DNA of 64,000 nucleotides from an uncultured Alphaproteobacteria bacterium (GTDB lineage Bacteria; Pseudomonadota; Alphaproteobacteria; CAAHEQ01; UBA3637), in assembly GCA_949292205.1 (NCBI GenBank), contig CASEYR010000008.1, positions 14,382-78,381 on the forward strand, read 5' to 3'. The notes beneath the pieces are model-generated. The model was given only the letters and a program-made list of their open reading frames with translations, searched no databases and was not told the DNA's origin. Position 1 is the stretch's first letter, and every line of letters begins with the position of its first letter. Below are positions 39,049 to 49,387 of this stretch, piece after piece. A program made the position numbers and the translations under genes.

Positions 39049-40527
39049 TTATTTTTTACGCATAGTTGGGAAAGCTATAATATCACGAATCGATGGATTA
39101 GATGTCAACACCATAATCAATCGATCTATTCCGACCCCCAATCCCCCGGTCGGTGGCATACCATGTTCCAAAGCCGTTACAAAATCTTCATCCATCATAT
39201 CCGCTTCATCATCACCGGCTTCACGTGCCTTGACTTGCTCTTCAAAACGAGCCCGCTGATCAATCGGGTTTGTCAACTCGGAGTAAGCATTACACATCTC
39301 CCACGTATTGATAAACGTTTCAAAACGTTCAACCAAACGAGGATCATTGCGATGCTCTTTCGTTAATGGAGATATTGACTTTGGATGATCAATGACGTGA
39401 ACCGGCTGAATCAAATGATCTTCACACTTTTCTTCAAAAACAGCCGCCAAACAGTGTCCCCAATCCGTATCATCCGTAACGGCCACATGTAACTCTTTAG
39501 CGGCAGCACGAGCCTCTTCATCCGTTTGAATCGACATAAAGTCAACACCTGTGTACTCTTTAACCAGATCAGCCATTGAACGTCGCGGATATGGTCCTTT
39601 CAGGTTAATCTTACGACCGTTTAATTCAATTTCCAAAGAACCGTTAACAGCCATACACGCCGTTTCAACGATCTGTTCAAATAACGTCATCATATCCGTA
39701 TAATCGTTATACTGGCGGTATACTTCCATCATTGTAAATTCAGGATTATGCCGTGTATCAATACCCTCGTTCCGGAAATTACGCCCGATTTCAAAAACGC
39801 CTGGAAGCCCCCCGACGATGAGTCGCTTCAAGTACAGCTCAGGCGCCACACGCAAAAACAAATCCATATCCAATGCATTGTGATGCGTAATAAACGGCTT
39901 AGCTGTCGCCCCACCCTTAATCACATGCAACAATGGTGTTTCTACTTCCAACAATCCTTTCCCCAATAATAGCTGACGAATTGCGGTAATAATGTTGCTC
40001 CGCTTAATCAGAGTTTCCGTTGTTTCGGGATTCATAATCATATCCAGATAACGCTGACGATATTTTGTATCCGTATCCGTCAACCCATGGAATTTTTCTG
40101 GCAAAGGCAACAATGATTTTGCCAACATCGTGATTTGGCGAGAAGCAACCGAAAGTTCACCTCTTTTTGTCCGACGAACCGTTCCTTCAACACCAATAAT
40201 ATCACCGATATCCAGAAAGCCCAACATTTCTTTCATAGATTCGGTCGCTTGTTCTAAAGAAGTATATATTTGTATCTTTCCGGTTGCATCATAAACATCT
40301 ATAAACATACCGGAGTTACGAACGGCTCGAACACGACCGGCAACTTTAACAACATCATCGATCTGAGTATCATTCGGTAATGAAGCATATTTCTCCCGCA
40401 GGCTGGCCGAGGTATCCGTCGGTCTGTAAATTTGCGGATACGCATTAATTCCCTTGGCCTCCATATTTTTTAATTTTTCAACTCGAATTTGACGCTGTTC
40501 ATGCCCCGTATTCGTTACTTCTGCCAT
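39049..40527 (-). CDS. lysS: Lysine--tRNA ligase, class II
   Basis: OB-fold N-terminus, YRQRYLD, GGATAKPF.THHNALD, FRNEG.D..HNPEFT, GMPPTGG.G.GIDRL. Confidence 0.98.
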   Translation of the reverse strand: MAEVTNTGHEQRQIRVEKLKNMEAKGINAYPQIYRPTDTSASLREKYASLPNDTQIDDVVKVAGRVRAVRNSGMFIDVYDATGKIQIYTSLEQATESMKEMLGFLDIGDIIGVEGTVRRTKRGELSVASRQITMLAKSLLPLPEKFHGLTDTDTKYRQRYLDMIMNPETTETLIKRSNIITAIRQLLLGKGLLEVETPLLHVIKGGATAKPFITHHNALDMDLFLRVAPELYLKRLIVGGLPGVFEIGRNFRNEGIDTRHNPEFTMMEVYRQYNDYTDMMTLFEQIVETACMAVNGSLEIELNGRKINLKGPYPRRSMADLVKEYTGVDFMSIQTDEEARAAAKELHVAVTDDTDWGHCLAAVFEEKCEDHLIQPVHVIDHPKSISPLTKEHRNDPRLVERFETFINTWEMCNAYSELTNPIDQRARFEEQVKAREAGDDEADMMDEDFVTALEHGMPPTGGLGVGIDRLIMVLTSNPSIRDIIAFPTMRKK

Positions 40528-40563
40528 CTTTGATTTCCTTTTCTAAATTAAATTCTGAAACGT

Positions 40564-40592
40564 AATCTACCGTCTTTTCCTGAAAAAGTCAA
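40564..40592 (-). promoter_or_regulatory. sigma70-like promoter of lysS
   Basis: Minus strand TTGACT-N17-TAGATT. Confidence 0.5.
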
Positions 40593-40636
40593 ATTATTTA
40601 GATGACAAAATAAAAAAAAATTGCTATGATTGGCTT

Positions 40637-41623
40637 ATGATGACACATTTTATTTGTCCTTTTTTCAAAACCTGCGGCGGTTGCCTGTATCAAGATTTAT
40701 CGGAAGAGGCTTACTTAGAGAAAAAGCAGGCTTTTATTGTGCGTGCTTTTGCCGATCATAGTATTTCCGTCACACCGGATCCTATTGTCAGAATCCCCAT
40801 TCATTCACGTCGACGGGCAACTTTTGCTTTTTCCGGAGAACATATTGGGTACAATGCATTAAAGAGTCATCGCATCATTGATATAACCGAATGCCGGCTA
40901 TTAAAAGAGGAGATTGTAAGCTTTTTACCGACTCTTAAACAATGGGTTCGCATATTGCAAGACAAAGGAGATATCTCTATCTTGGTTACCGACTCAGGTT
41001 TAGATATTCATATCAAAACAACAAAAGCAAATCACCCGAGCTTACCTCTATTAGAACAACTGACTTTTATGGCCTCTGATCCCACAGTGGTCCGATTAAG
41101 TTACAATCAAACACCGATTGTATCAAAGCTATCCCTCCCTTTTCCGCCAGACTCATTTTTGCAACCATCTAAAGAGGGTGAAGCAGAGCTGATTCGTCTT
41201 TTGTTAGAACAAACAACCGATATACACAAAGCGATTGATTTGTTTTGTGGCAACGGCACCTTTACCAGACCACTGTTAGCCAACGGAGTTAAAATTACCG
41301 GCTATGATTGTGCAGAGAATGTCCGTATGCTGGGTTCTAACGGAGTTATGCGGGATTTATTTCGCGTTCCGCTTTCTGCTGAAGAAATGAAAGGGGTAGA
41401 TTGCGTTATTTTAGATCCACCCCGTGCCGGAGCAAAAGCTCAGATAGAACAATTGGCATTAGCAAATATCCCTAAAATTATTATGATTTCATGTAATCCA
41501 AGCACAGCGGCTCGGGATTCAAAGATATTAGTCAATGCCGGCTGGCAATTAACAAAAGTTACACCGATTGATCAATTTACTTGGTCTAATCATATTGAGC
41601 TCTTCTGCGTTTTTAAAAAATAA
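40637..41623 (+). CDS. RNA m5U methyltransferase, RlmD/RumA family (no TRAM domain)
   Basis: CPFF.TCGGC Fe-S motif, F.Q, DLFCG.G.F, LDPPRAGA, ISCNP.T.ARD, DQF.WS.H.E. Confidence 0.9.
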   Translation: MMTHFICPFFKTCGGCLYQDLSEEAYLEKKQAFIVRAFADHSISVTPDPIVRIPIHSRRRATFAFSGEHIGYNALKSHRIIDITECRLLKEEIVSFLPTLKQWVRILQDKGDISILVTDSGLDIHIKTTKANHPSLPLLEQLTFMASDPTVVRLSYNQTPIVSKLSLPFPPDSFLQPSKEGEAELIRLLLEQTTDIHKAIDLFCGNGTFTRPLLANGVKITGYDCAENVRMLGSNGVMRDLFRVPLSAEEMKGVDCVILDPPRAGAKAQIEQLALANIPKIIMISCNPSTAARDSKILVNAGWQLTKVTPIDQFTWSNHIELFCVFKK

Positions 41624-41693
41624 TACCTCTGACTATCTTTTCTTGATTAAAAAAAATCAATATTTATCTTTAATCAAGATAGAGAGGTATTCT

Positions 41694-41903
41694 ATGCAAA
41701 AAAACAAAAATAATTTTAGTTTAAAAGATAAACTTGACATTGCCGAAGCTATTTGCACCATTATTGTGACTGTTATGGCATTATGGGGCACAATCATAGC
41801 TATTCAACATGATTTATTTCACAAGGTCAATCATATCATTGAACACTACCACGCAAAAATTGAACAAGATGAAAAGATACTTCGTGAAAAAGATATCCTT
41901 TAA
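41694..41903 (+). CDS. Small single-TM hypothetical protein (69 aa)
   Basis: ATG after SD AGAGG; one TM helix. Confidence 0.55.
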   Translation: MQKNKNNFSLKDKLDIAEAICTIIVTVMALWGTIIAIQHDLFHKVNHIIEHYHAKIEQDEKILREKDIL

Positions 41904-42090
41904 CCCTAAAATTCATTCTTCAACATCTCAGATTTTCACAAAAAAAGATAATTTTTATCCCCTATTTCTCCAAAAATAATATTTAAGTATATACATAAGT
42001 ATTTATTTTTGTATAAAAGTCATATTATTGTATTGACAAACATCTTATTCTATGTAATATACACTAATAGTTGTATTTTATGGAGGAAAC

Positions 42091-42645
42091 ATGACGAAAA
42101 AGAAACCGACAAACGGAACCGTTCGTGGCCGTTTGTCTGACGGAGCCCCCAATCCGATTGATGTTCATGTTGGATCTCGTGTTCGGGAGGCTCGCAAAAT
42201 ATTTAATTTAAGTCAAGAAGGTCTTGCTGATGCCTTAGGGATTACTTTTCAGCAAGTACAAAAGTATGAAAAAGGGCAAAATAGAATCGGTGCCAGTCGT
42301 CTTTGGGATTTAGCTCAGGTTTTTGGCGTATCGGTTGACTTCTTTTACGAACATCTGGATGAGCAAGCTAAAAACCAAAGCCCTCGTCAAATCTGTAATG
42401 GTGAATTACGAGAAGGAGCTGCCGATCTTGAAGGTGACTTTATTTTATCCATGAATGATCGAGAGCTGATTCGCAACTATAAACGCATCCAAGATCCGCG
42501 AGTTGCTCAAAGTATTTTGGATTTGGTGAAATCGGTTGTTATCAGCGAGAACATATCAAGTAATACAGATTTTTCGGCAGATGATATGAATCCCCTGACA
42601 GATGATTCTGATTTCTGTATTCAGCCACCCGAAGCAAACTCTTAA
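42091..42645 (+). CDS. XRE-family HTH transcriptional regulator
   Basis: PNPIDVHVGSRVR, LSQE.LA.ALGITFQQVQKYEKG.NRIGASRL, typical alphaproteobacterial form; SD GGAGG. Confidence 0.93.
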   Translation: MTKKKPTNGTVRGRLSDGAPNPIDVHVGSRVREARKIFNLSQEGLADALGITFQQVQKYEKGQNRIGASRLWDLAQVFGVSVDFFYEHLDEQAKNQSPRQICNGELREGAADLEGDFILSMNDRELIRNYKRIQDPRVAQSILDLVKSVVISENISSNTDFSADDMNPLTDDSDFCIQPPEANS

Positions 42646-43028
42646 AATCCCATCATCAACCGAATATCATCACTTAGTCTATCAATTGTCCAAGGCGGTT
42701 CAAAAGTTAACTCAACCGTTACGATTCCCGTCCCTGGAACAGACGCAACGGCATTTGCGACCATTCCGGGCATTTCACCCGCCATCGGACAAGTCGGAGC
42801 TGTTAACGTCATGGTAATAAAGACATCTCCGTTTGCTTCCTGACGAATGTCATAGATTAAGCCTAACTCATAAACATTCAACATCAGCTCCGGATCCTGA
42901 ACTGCTTTTAAAGCGGCAACAATATCATTTTGGGAGGCCTGCATACGACTATCCGCTAAAGGCTGTCCGGCTGTTACCCGATAAGTCAAATCCGTTTCTT
43001 CAACAGAAGATATCGTATCTTGTTCCAT
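42642..43028 (-). CDS. sufT: SufT/DUF59 Fe-S assembly protein
   Basis: V.DPEL..NVYELGLIY, MTLTAPTCPMAG, FEPPWT. Confidence 0.9.
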   Translation of the reverse strand: MEQDTISSVEETDLTYRVTAGQPLADSRMQASQNDIVAALKAVQDPELMLNVYELGLIYDIRQEANGDVFITMTLTAPTCPMAGEMPGMVANAVASVPGTGIVTVELTFEPPWTIDRLSDDIRLMMGF

Positions 43029-44219
43029 TCAATTCCCCCTCAGCAAAGTAATAGCCTTTTTCAAAGCGTTCACAAATACGGAAATATCCGATTCATCATT
43101 ATAAAGACCAAACGAAACACGCAAGGAAAGCTCTTGTCCAAAACGATGATGTATCGGCATGGCACAGTGATGCCCGACCCGAACACAGATATGTTCTTGA
43201 GCCAGAGCAAAAGCGATATCGGCCGGATGAATATCTTTTATATTAAATGAGACAATTCCATGTTTTTCGTTTGATTCTCCGACAAGTAGCACACCTGAAA
43301 CAGCTTGCAGTTGGTCAAGAAAATTTCTTGTTAAGAATCGTTCATGATCAGCGATTTTCTCCATACCAATCCTCTGAACATACCGAATAGCCTCTGCCAA
43401 GCCAACCGTTTCAACAAACGGTGTCGTCCCCGCCTCAAATCGGGCAGGAACATCAGCAAAAGTTGTCCCCTCTACCGTTACCCGACGAATCATATCTCCG
43501 CCGAATTGATATGGTGGCAGACTTTCCAAAGCCTCCTTTTTCCCATACAAAACACCAATTCCGGTCGGACCATATAATTTATGTCCCGAAAATGCCAAGA
43601 AATCACAATCTATATCTTTGATATCAACGGGAATATGTGCAATACTTTGAGCCCCATCAATTAAAACCTTGGCTCCAACTTGATGAGCTAATTCAGATAT
43701 TTTTCGAACCGGATTAATCATTCCCAACACGTTTGATATATGGGTCATCGCCACTATTTTTGTCTTATGCGATAGCTTTGCCTGAAAATCTGCCAAATCA
43801 ATCTTACCCGAGGGCAAGACATCAAAAACTTTAAAGGTAGCTCCGGAACGCAAACATGCCTGTTGCCAGGGCACAAAATCTGCATGATGCTCAGCAATAC
43901 AAACCAACACTTCATCACCCGGATATAACAGTTGAGCATATCCGGAAGCAATCAAGTTAATACTTTCCGTTGTACCTTTAGTAAAGACAATTTCATTCGT
44001 GTTGGCATGTATAAAATCAGCAACCGTTCGCCGAGCGTTTTCATACGCCTCTGTTGCCCGAACAGCCAAAGAGCATTGTCCGCGATGGATATTCGCATAG
44101 GAAGATCGATAAAAGGAATCTATTGATTCTAAAACAGTCTGTGGTTTTTGAGCCGAAGCAGCCGAATCCAAATAAACAATCGGTTCTTTTAACAATAAAG
44201 GAAAATCTTCTTTAAGCAT
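43029..44219 (-). CDS. sufS: Cysteine desulfurase SufS
   Basis: YLDSAASAQKP, FSGHKLYGPTG (PLP Lys), RVGHHCA; start moved to ATG 44219. Confidence 0.96.
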   Translation of the reverse strand: MLKEDFPLLLKEPIVYLDSAASAQKPQTVLESIDSFYRSSYANIHRGQCSLAVRATEAYENARRTVADFIHANTNEIVFTKGTTESINLIASGYAQLLYPGDEVLVCIAEHHADFVPWQQACLRSGATFKVFDVLPSGKIDLADFQAKLSHKTKIVAMTHISNVLGMINPVRKISELAHQVGAKVLIDGAQSIAHIPVDIKDIDCDFLAFSGHKLYGPTGIGVLYGKKEALESLPPYQFGGDMIRRVTVEGTTFADVPARFEAGTTPFVETVGLAEAIRYVQRIGMEKIADHERFLTRNFLDQLQAVSGVLLVGESNEKHGIVSFNIKDIHPADIAFALAQEHICVRVGHHCAMPIHHRFGQELSLRVSFGLYNDESDISVFVNALKKAITLLRGN

Positions 44220-44832
44220 GCTCCCCCATCCATTCATCCACATATTTTTCAAATGAATCATCTAAGACATCTCGAACGAAAGCACGTAACAACATTTTTT
44301 TTGCCACATCTGCGGGAACGCCCCGAGACATCAAATAAAACAACTGTGTCTTATCCAAAGATCCGATAGCCGATCCATGGGCACATTTCACATCATCAGC
44401 ATAGATTTCCAGCTCGGGAATCGCCGTTACGGAAGCTGCATCCGACAAAACAACGGCTCGATGATTTTGAGAAGCATCACATTTTTGAGAGTCTTTGGGT
44501 ATCCGAATTGTTCCTTCAAATGAAGCTTTTGCTCTATCCGTTAAAATCCCTCGGACAATCTGCTCCGAATACGTATTTCCTGCCTGATGCTGCACATCAA
44601 ACCGAATCTTATTTTCAGACTTCCTACCGGATAAATACACACAACTCAACCGACATTTAGCCTCAGCCCCCGCCAAAACAACACGAACAGAGAATGTCCC
44701 ATCAAAAACCAAAGCGGACAAATTTAATTCTTTTCCATCCGGAACCACAAGCCGTAACCCCTCGGAAGAAACATTGACCGTTTTGGTTTGTCCGTCTTGC
44801 GTTATCAAACAAAGATTATTTGTAATCTTCAT
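44212..44832 (-). CDS. sufD: Fe-S assembly protein SufD, short form
   Basis: PELEIYADDVKCAHG, LFYLMSRG; 206 aa; sits between sufC and sufS. Confidence 0.88.
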   Translation of the reverse strand: MKITNNLCLITQDGQTKTVNVSSEGLRLVVPDGKELNLSALVFDGTFSVRVVLAGAEAKCRLSCVYLSGRKSENKIRFDVQHQAGNTYSEQIVRGILTDRAKASFEGTIRIPKDSQKCDASQNHRAVVLSDAASVTAIPELEIYADDVKCAHGSAIGSLDKTQLFYLMSRGVPADVAKKMLLRAFVRDVLDDSFEKYVDEWMGEHA

Positions 44833-45568
44833 ATCCTTTTTCTTCCAACTTCAAAGCCAGTGTTTTATCTCCGGAATCAACGATTCGACCGTTAACCATA
44901 ATATGGATATAATCCGGCACGATATAATCCAGCAACCGTTGATAGTGTGTAATCAGCAAAAAAGAACGATGAGCCTCTCGCATCACATTAACCGCCTCGG
45001 AAACCGTACGCAGTGCATCAATATCAAGTCCGGAATCCATTTCATCCAAAATACAGAAATCAGGCTCCAAAAAAGCCATTTGGAACGTTTCCAGTTTCTT
45101 TTTTTCTCCGCCTGAAAAACCGACATTGACGGGACGCTTTAACATATCATCCGTAATACCCAAAGCCTGAGCCCGTGGCTTCAATCGTTTCATAAAACCG
45201 ACGGCATCCAAATCGGGAAACCCCTGAAAACGACGTTTTGCATTCAAAGCCGTCTTTAAGAATAAAGCCGTTCCAACCCCTGGAAGCTCGGTCGGATATT
45301 GAAAAGCCAAAAAGACACCACTATTTGCCCGTTCGTCCGGCGTCATGGCAAGCAAATCTTGTCCCTTAAAGAGAATCTGTCCACCGGTTACCTCATATGC
45401 CGGATGTCCGGCAATAACATTGGATAATGTGCTTTTACCGGAACCATTCGGCCCCATAATGGCATGAACCTCCCCCATCGGAATAGTCAAAGACAGTCCC
45501 TTTAGAATCTCTTTTTCTCCGACACAAGCATGTAAATCTTTAATTTCCAGAAGCGTTTCTTTTGTCAT
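44816..45568 (-). CDS. sufC: Fe-S assembly ATPase SufC
   Basis: HAIMGPNGSGKSTL, FLAFQYP.E.PGV, NVGFSGGEKK, LDE.DSGLDIDAL, ITHYQRLL. Confidence 0.97.
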   Translation of the reverse strand: MTKETLLEIKDLHACVGEKEILKGLSLTIPMGEVHAIMGPNGSGKSTLSNVIAGHPAYEVTGGQILFKGQDLLAMTPDERANSGVFLAFQYPTELPGVGTALFLKTALNAKRRFQGFPDLDAVGFMKRLKPRAQALGITDDMLKRPVNVGFSGGEKKKLETFQMAFLEPDFCILDEMDSGLDIDALRTVSEAVNVMREAHRSFLLITHYQRLLDYIVPDYIHIMVNGRIVDSGDKTLALKLEEKGYEDYK

Positions 45569-45839
45569 TTTCCAAATATCTTTTTAATTTATTTAGTTTT
45601 GTTACACTCATTTCTTTAACCAAATCTTGAATACCATAGATATACAAGAATTGATCTAACATAATCAAGACATCTGCCGTTTCTTCGGCAATTTCTTGCA
45701 CATTGTCACGACCGCGATTGATATTTTTCAATATCTCTTTTTGCAGTTCACTCATCTCCTCCAACAGCGTTAAAACCTGAGCCTGCTTACCCCATGTGTC
45801 AAGTGCCTCTTTACAAATATCATCAGGTACATACTTCAT
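45540..45839 (-). CDS. MazG-like all-alpha NTP pyrophosphohydrolase (99 aa)
   Basis: WG..AQ...LEEMSEL.KEI.K...I.EE.ADV.IM..Q, i.e. ExxE...ExxD; start ATG 45839 overlaps sufB stop (TAATG). Confidence 0.8.
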   Translation of the reverse strand: MKYVPDDICKEALDTWGKQAQVLTLLEEMSELQKEILKNINRGRDNVQEIAEETADVLIMLDQFLYIYGIQDLVKEMSVTKLNKLKRYLENDKRNASGN

Positions 45840-47284
45840 TATCCGACACTCCCTTCTAAATTGATACCGATTAGTCTTTGAGCCTCTACGGCAAACTCCA
45901 TAGGCAGTTTTTGCATAACTTCCCGACAAAAGCCATTTACAATCAAACCAACCGCTTGCTCGGGATTTAACCCGCGAGATTCGGCATAAAATAATTGATC
46001 TTCCGAAATTTTTGATGTTGTCGCTTCATGTTCAATCTGCCCCGTTGTGTTTCCACAAGTCATCACCGGAATTGTATGAGCTCCACATTTGTCTCCAATC
46101 AACAAGCTATCACACCGAGACACATTGCGTGCTTGATCGGCACCGGCAGCAATTTTAACCAATCCGCGATACGTATTATCCGAACGCCCTGCGGAAACAC
46201 CCTTTGAAATGATGGTTGACGAGGTATGCTTCCCCAAGTGAATCATCTTCGTTCCCGTATCCGCCTTCTGACAGTTATTCGTTAACGCGACAGAGTAAAA
46301 CTCACCAATGGAATAATCTCCTTTTAAAATACAGCTTGGATACTTCCATGTAATGGCTGAACCTGTTTCAACTTGTGTCCAAGACAATTTGGCATGATTA
46401 TGACAAATACCACGCTTTGTCACAAAATTATAGATTCCGCCACGACCGTTTTCATCGCCGGGATACCAGTTTTGAACTGTCGAGTATTTCACTTCGGCTC
46501 TATCTTTAACAACAATCTCAACAATAGCGGCGTGTAGTTGATTTTCATCTCGTTGCGGAGCCGTACACCCCTCCAAATAGCTCACATACGAATCCTCTTC
46601 TGCTACGATTAATGTCCGCTCAAACTGCCCAGCATTTTTTGCATTCATTCGGAAATAACTGGACAACTCCAGCGGAGCACGAACCCCTTTCGGAATATAA
46701 ACAAAAGAACCATCAGAAAAAACAGCACTGTTCAGGCAAGCAAAAAAATTATCCGTATACGGCACGACCGAGCCCAGATATTGTCGAACTAAATCGGGAT
46801 ACTCGCGAACCGCTTCAGACATCGGACAAAACAGAATACCCTTTTCCTTTAATTGTTCCCGATACGTTGTCGCAACCGATACGCTATCAAAGATAGCATC
46901 CACGGCAACACCCGCCAATACTTTCTGTTCTTCCAAAGGAATTCCTAGTTTTTCGTATGTTTTTAAAATTTCGGGATCCACATCATCCAAAGATTGAATT
47001 TTTTGACCTTGTGGTGCAGCATAATAATATATATCCTGATAGTCTATCGAAGGATAAGAAAACTTTCCCCAATGAGGCTCTGCCATTGTCAACCAATGAC
47101 GATAGGCCTTCAACCGAAAGTCCAACAACCATTTAGGTTCTTTTTTCCGATCCGAAATAAACCGAATAATATCCTCGTTTAATCCCTTTGGAGCCGTTTC
47201 GGAACTAACCGCAGTTTCAAACCCATACTTATACCGATCAGATATAATTTCACGCACTTTTTTATTTGACGCTTCCATCATCAT
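45839..47284 (-). CDS. sufB: Fe-S assembly scaffold SufB
   Basis: [61 protein letters not shown]. Confidence 0.98.
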   Translation of the reverse strand: MMMEASNKKVREIISDRYKYGFETAVSSETAPKGLNEDIIRFISDRKKEPKWLLDFRLKAYRHWLTMAEPHWGKFSYPSIDYQDIYYYAAPQGQKIQSLDDVDPEILKTYEKLGIPLEEQKVLAGVAVDAIFDSVSVATTYREQLKEKGILFCPMSEAVREYPDLVRQYLGSVVPYTDNFFACLNSAVFSDGSFVYIPKGVRAPLELSSYFRMNAKNAGQFERTLIVAEEDSYVSYLEGCTAPQRDENQLHAAIVEIVVKDRAEVKYSTVQNWYPGDENGRGGIYNFVTKRGICHNHAKLSWTQVETGSAITWKYPSCILKGDYSIGEFYSVALTNNCQKADTGTKMIHLGKHTSSTIISKGVSAGRSDNTYRGLVKIAAGADQARNVSRCDSLLIGDKCGAHTIPVMTCGNTTGQIEHEATTSKISEDQLFYAESRGLNPEQAVGLIVNGFCREVMQKLPMEFAVEAQRLIGINLEGSVG

Positions 47285-47414
47285 TCCTTTTCATTTTAAC
47301 AAACAAGATGACTTATTTTAAAAAAAAAGTCAAGAAAAAGCATTTTTTTACTTGTTTTCGGATAAAAAAAAGGATAATCTGAACGGTGTCTGGTTTTTTA
47401 GGAGATTTTTTTTC

Positions 47415-48491
47415 ATGCTTGAAACAATTAATGGTTTTGCCGTTGTGCCGGGATTCTTTTTTGTCACAACATTGCTTTTCGTTGTTGTTTCACTTGTCTT
47501 CGTAAATCGATCAAAGCACTTGAGAAGAAAATTGTCAGATACACTGGAAGCCCTAACGATTAAGAATAAAGAACTTGAAGAGCTTAGAATTGCCAATCAA
47601 AATATCCTATCTCCCTTCATCCCAGAAACATCCAAAAGTATTATTGTTTCCTTAGATCAAACAGGAAAAATAACCGATGTCAACGATTATGCTCTTGAGA
47701 TATTTGGATATAAAAAAGATGAAATGGTTGGGCATGATGCTTTTGGAACGATTTTTCCGATTCCGGACAAACAAGATACCCTTCAGGCAAATATTATTTC
47801 TCGCATTTTTTCTAACCCTAAACTATATGTAGAACACGAAACCGAAAACATGAAAAAATCCGGCGAGCGTTTTTGGATATCATGGACAAATCGTGTTATG
47901 TATGATGATAATGGTATTCCGACAGAGGTTCGTTCTGTCGGTTTTGATATCACAAAGCGTAAACGCTTGGAGGAGGAACTGCGTTATTTAGCGACGGTTG
48001 ATCCGTTAACCGGTGTTTTAAATCGTCAAGCCTTGCTGGAAACCGGAGCAAGAGAGTTAAAAAGAGCCCAACGCTATAAACGCCAATTATCTGTTTTAGT
48101 TATGAAGCTCAATTATTTTCACGGTGTTGATGACAACACCGGTTTTAGTGATGAAATCATTCAACAAACGGTTGCAATCTGTCGCAAAACCACACGGGAT
48201 TCGGATTATATCGGTCGCGTCGGAGATGTTGAATTTGCTATTATTTTGCCGGAAACACCTCCTGAAAACGCTTCAATTTTAGCCGAACGGTTAAAAGAAA
48301 AAATCCAAGAAAAAAATTTAAAAGATACGAATCGTTTTTTTGTAACGGCGACCTTTGGTGTTTCCGGAAAAAGTGGTTCGTCAGACACAATAGACTCTTT
48401 ATTGTTAAAGGCCTTAAACGCCCTTCAGACGGCGGATAAAAGCTCACGTCAACAATGGGGAGGAAAAACGGAAATAAAGAAAGGATCATAA
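47415..48491 (+). CDS. Membrane-anchored PAS + degenerate GGDEF protein
   Basis: TM helix, PAS/PAC (DITKRK), DPLTGVLNR, A-site GDVEF, I-site RDSD; start moved to ATG 47415 after SD AGGAG. Confidence 0.88.
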   Translation: MLETINGFAVVPGFFFVTTLLFVVVSLVFVNRSKHLRRKLSDTLEALTIKNKELEELRIANQNILSPFIPETSKSIIVSLDQTGKITDVNDYALEIFGYKKDEMVGHDAFGTIFPIPDKQDTLQANIISRIFSNPKLYVEHETENMKKSGERFWISWTNRVMYDDNGIPTEVRSVGFDITKRKRLEEELRYLATVDPLTGVLNRQALLETGARELKRAQRYKRQLSVLVMKLNYFHGVDDNTGFSDEIIQQTVAICRKTTRDSDYIGRVGDVEFAIILPETPPENASILAERLKEKIQEKNLKDTNRFFVTATFGVSGKSGSSDTIDSLLLKALNALQTADKSSRQQWGGKTEIKKGS

Positions 48492-48493
48492 TC

Positions 48494-49384
48494 ATGCAAG
48501 AAATTGTTTTATCAAACGAACAATTAAGTTTGGGTATCCTTCCTGAATATGGCGCATCTCTATCTTTTTTAAGATATAAAAAAGGGGATAAATCGCTGGA
48601 TATTTTACGCCCAACAAATAAGGAAAAAGCAAAAGATGCCAATAGTTCTTCCATGTTTTTGATGTTGCCATTCTGCGGACGTATTCGTGGGGGTTCTTTC
48701 ACATATTGGGGGATTTTAAGAAAGGTTCCTAAAAATCAAACGGGCATATCTGATCCAATTCATGGGGATGGGTGGAAAAGCCAATGGACGGTTAAATCAC
48801 GATCGGAAAATAGTATTACGCTGATAATGAATCATGATAAAGCGTCCGGCGGGTATCCGTTTTCATATTCGGCCGAAGTCGTTTATACATTAAATGAAAA
48901 TGAATTAGAGGTATCAATCAGTGTATCCAATCCTGCTGCACTTCCAATGCCATGTGGGTTAGGAGTTCATCCCTTCTTTGTAAAAGAAAAAGAGGTACAG
49001 CTAAATTTCAAAACTCAGGTTGTTTGGAGTAACGAATCTGATCCGATTTTTGATCAACCCTACACCACGCCGACAACTTGGCAATTTGAGGGAGGAAAAC
49101 CACTTAAGAACGCCGTCTTTGATACTTGCTTCGGCGGTTTTGAAGAAAAGGCAACAATCATTTATCCGGAAAACGGAGTTACGATTGATATAACGACAGA
49201 TGATTTATTTCATCATGTCGTATTGTATGCACCGAAGGGGAAAAGCTTTTTCTGTTTAGAGCCAACTACTTGTGCATCAAATGCTTTTAACCTAGCGGCA
49301 AACGGTGTTATTGGAACGGGAATTCGGAGTATTGGTCCCGGACAAAAATTAACAGGACAAATTAAATTTAAAATTCAAGGATAA
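48494..49384 (+). CDS. Aldose 1-epimerase family protein
   Basis: P.YGASL, LPF.GRI, IHGDGW, YPF, G.HP.F, FFCLEP; start moved to ATG 48494. Confidence 0.9.
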   Translation: MQEIVLSNEQLSLGILPEYGASLSFLRYKKGDKSLDILRPTNKEKAKDANSSSMFLMLPFCGRIRGGSFTYWGILRKVPKNQTGISDPIHGDGWKSQWTVKSRSENSITLIMNHDKASGGYPFSYSAEVVYTLNENELEVSISVSNPAALPMPCGLGVHPFFVKEKEVQLNFKTQVVWSNESDPIFDQPYTTPTTWQFEGGKPLKNAVFDTCFGGFEEKATIIYPENGVTIDITTDDLFHHVVLYAPKGKSFFCLEPTTCASNAFNLAANGVIGTGIRSIGPGQKLTGQIKFKIQG

Positions 49385-49387
49385 AAT

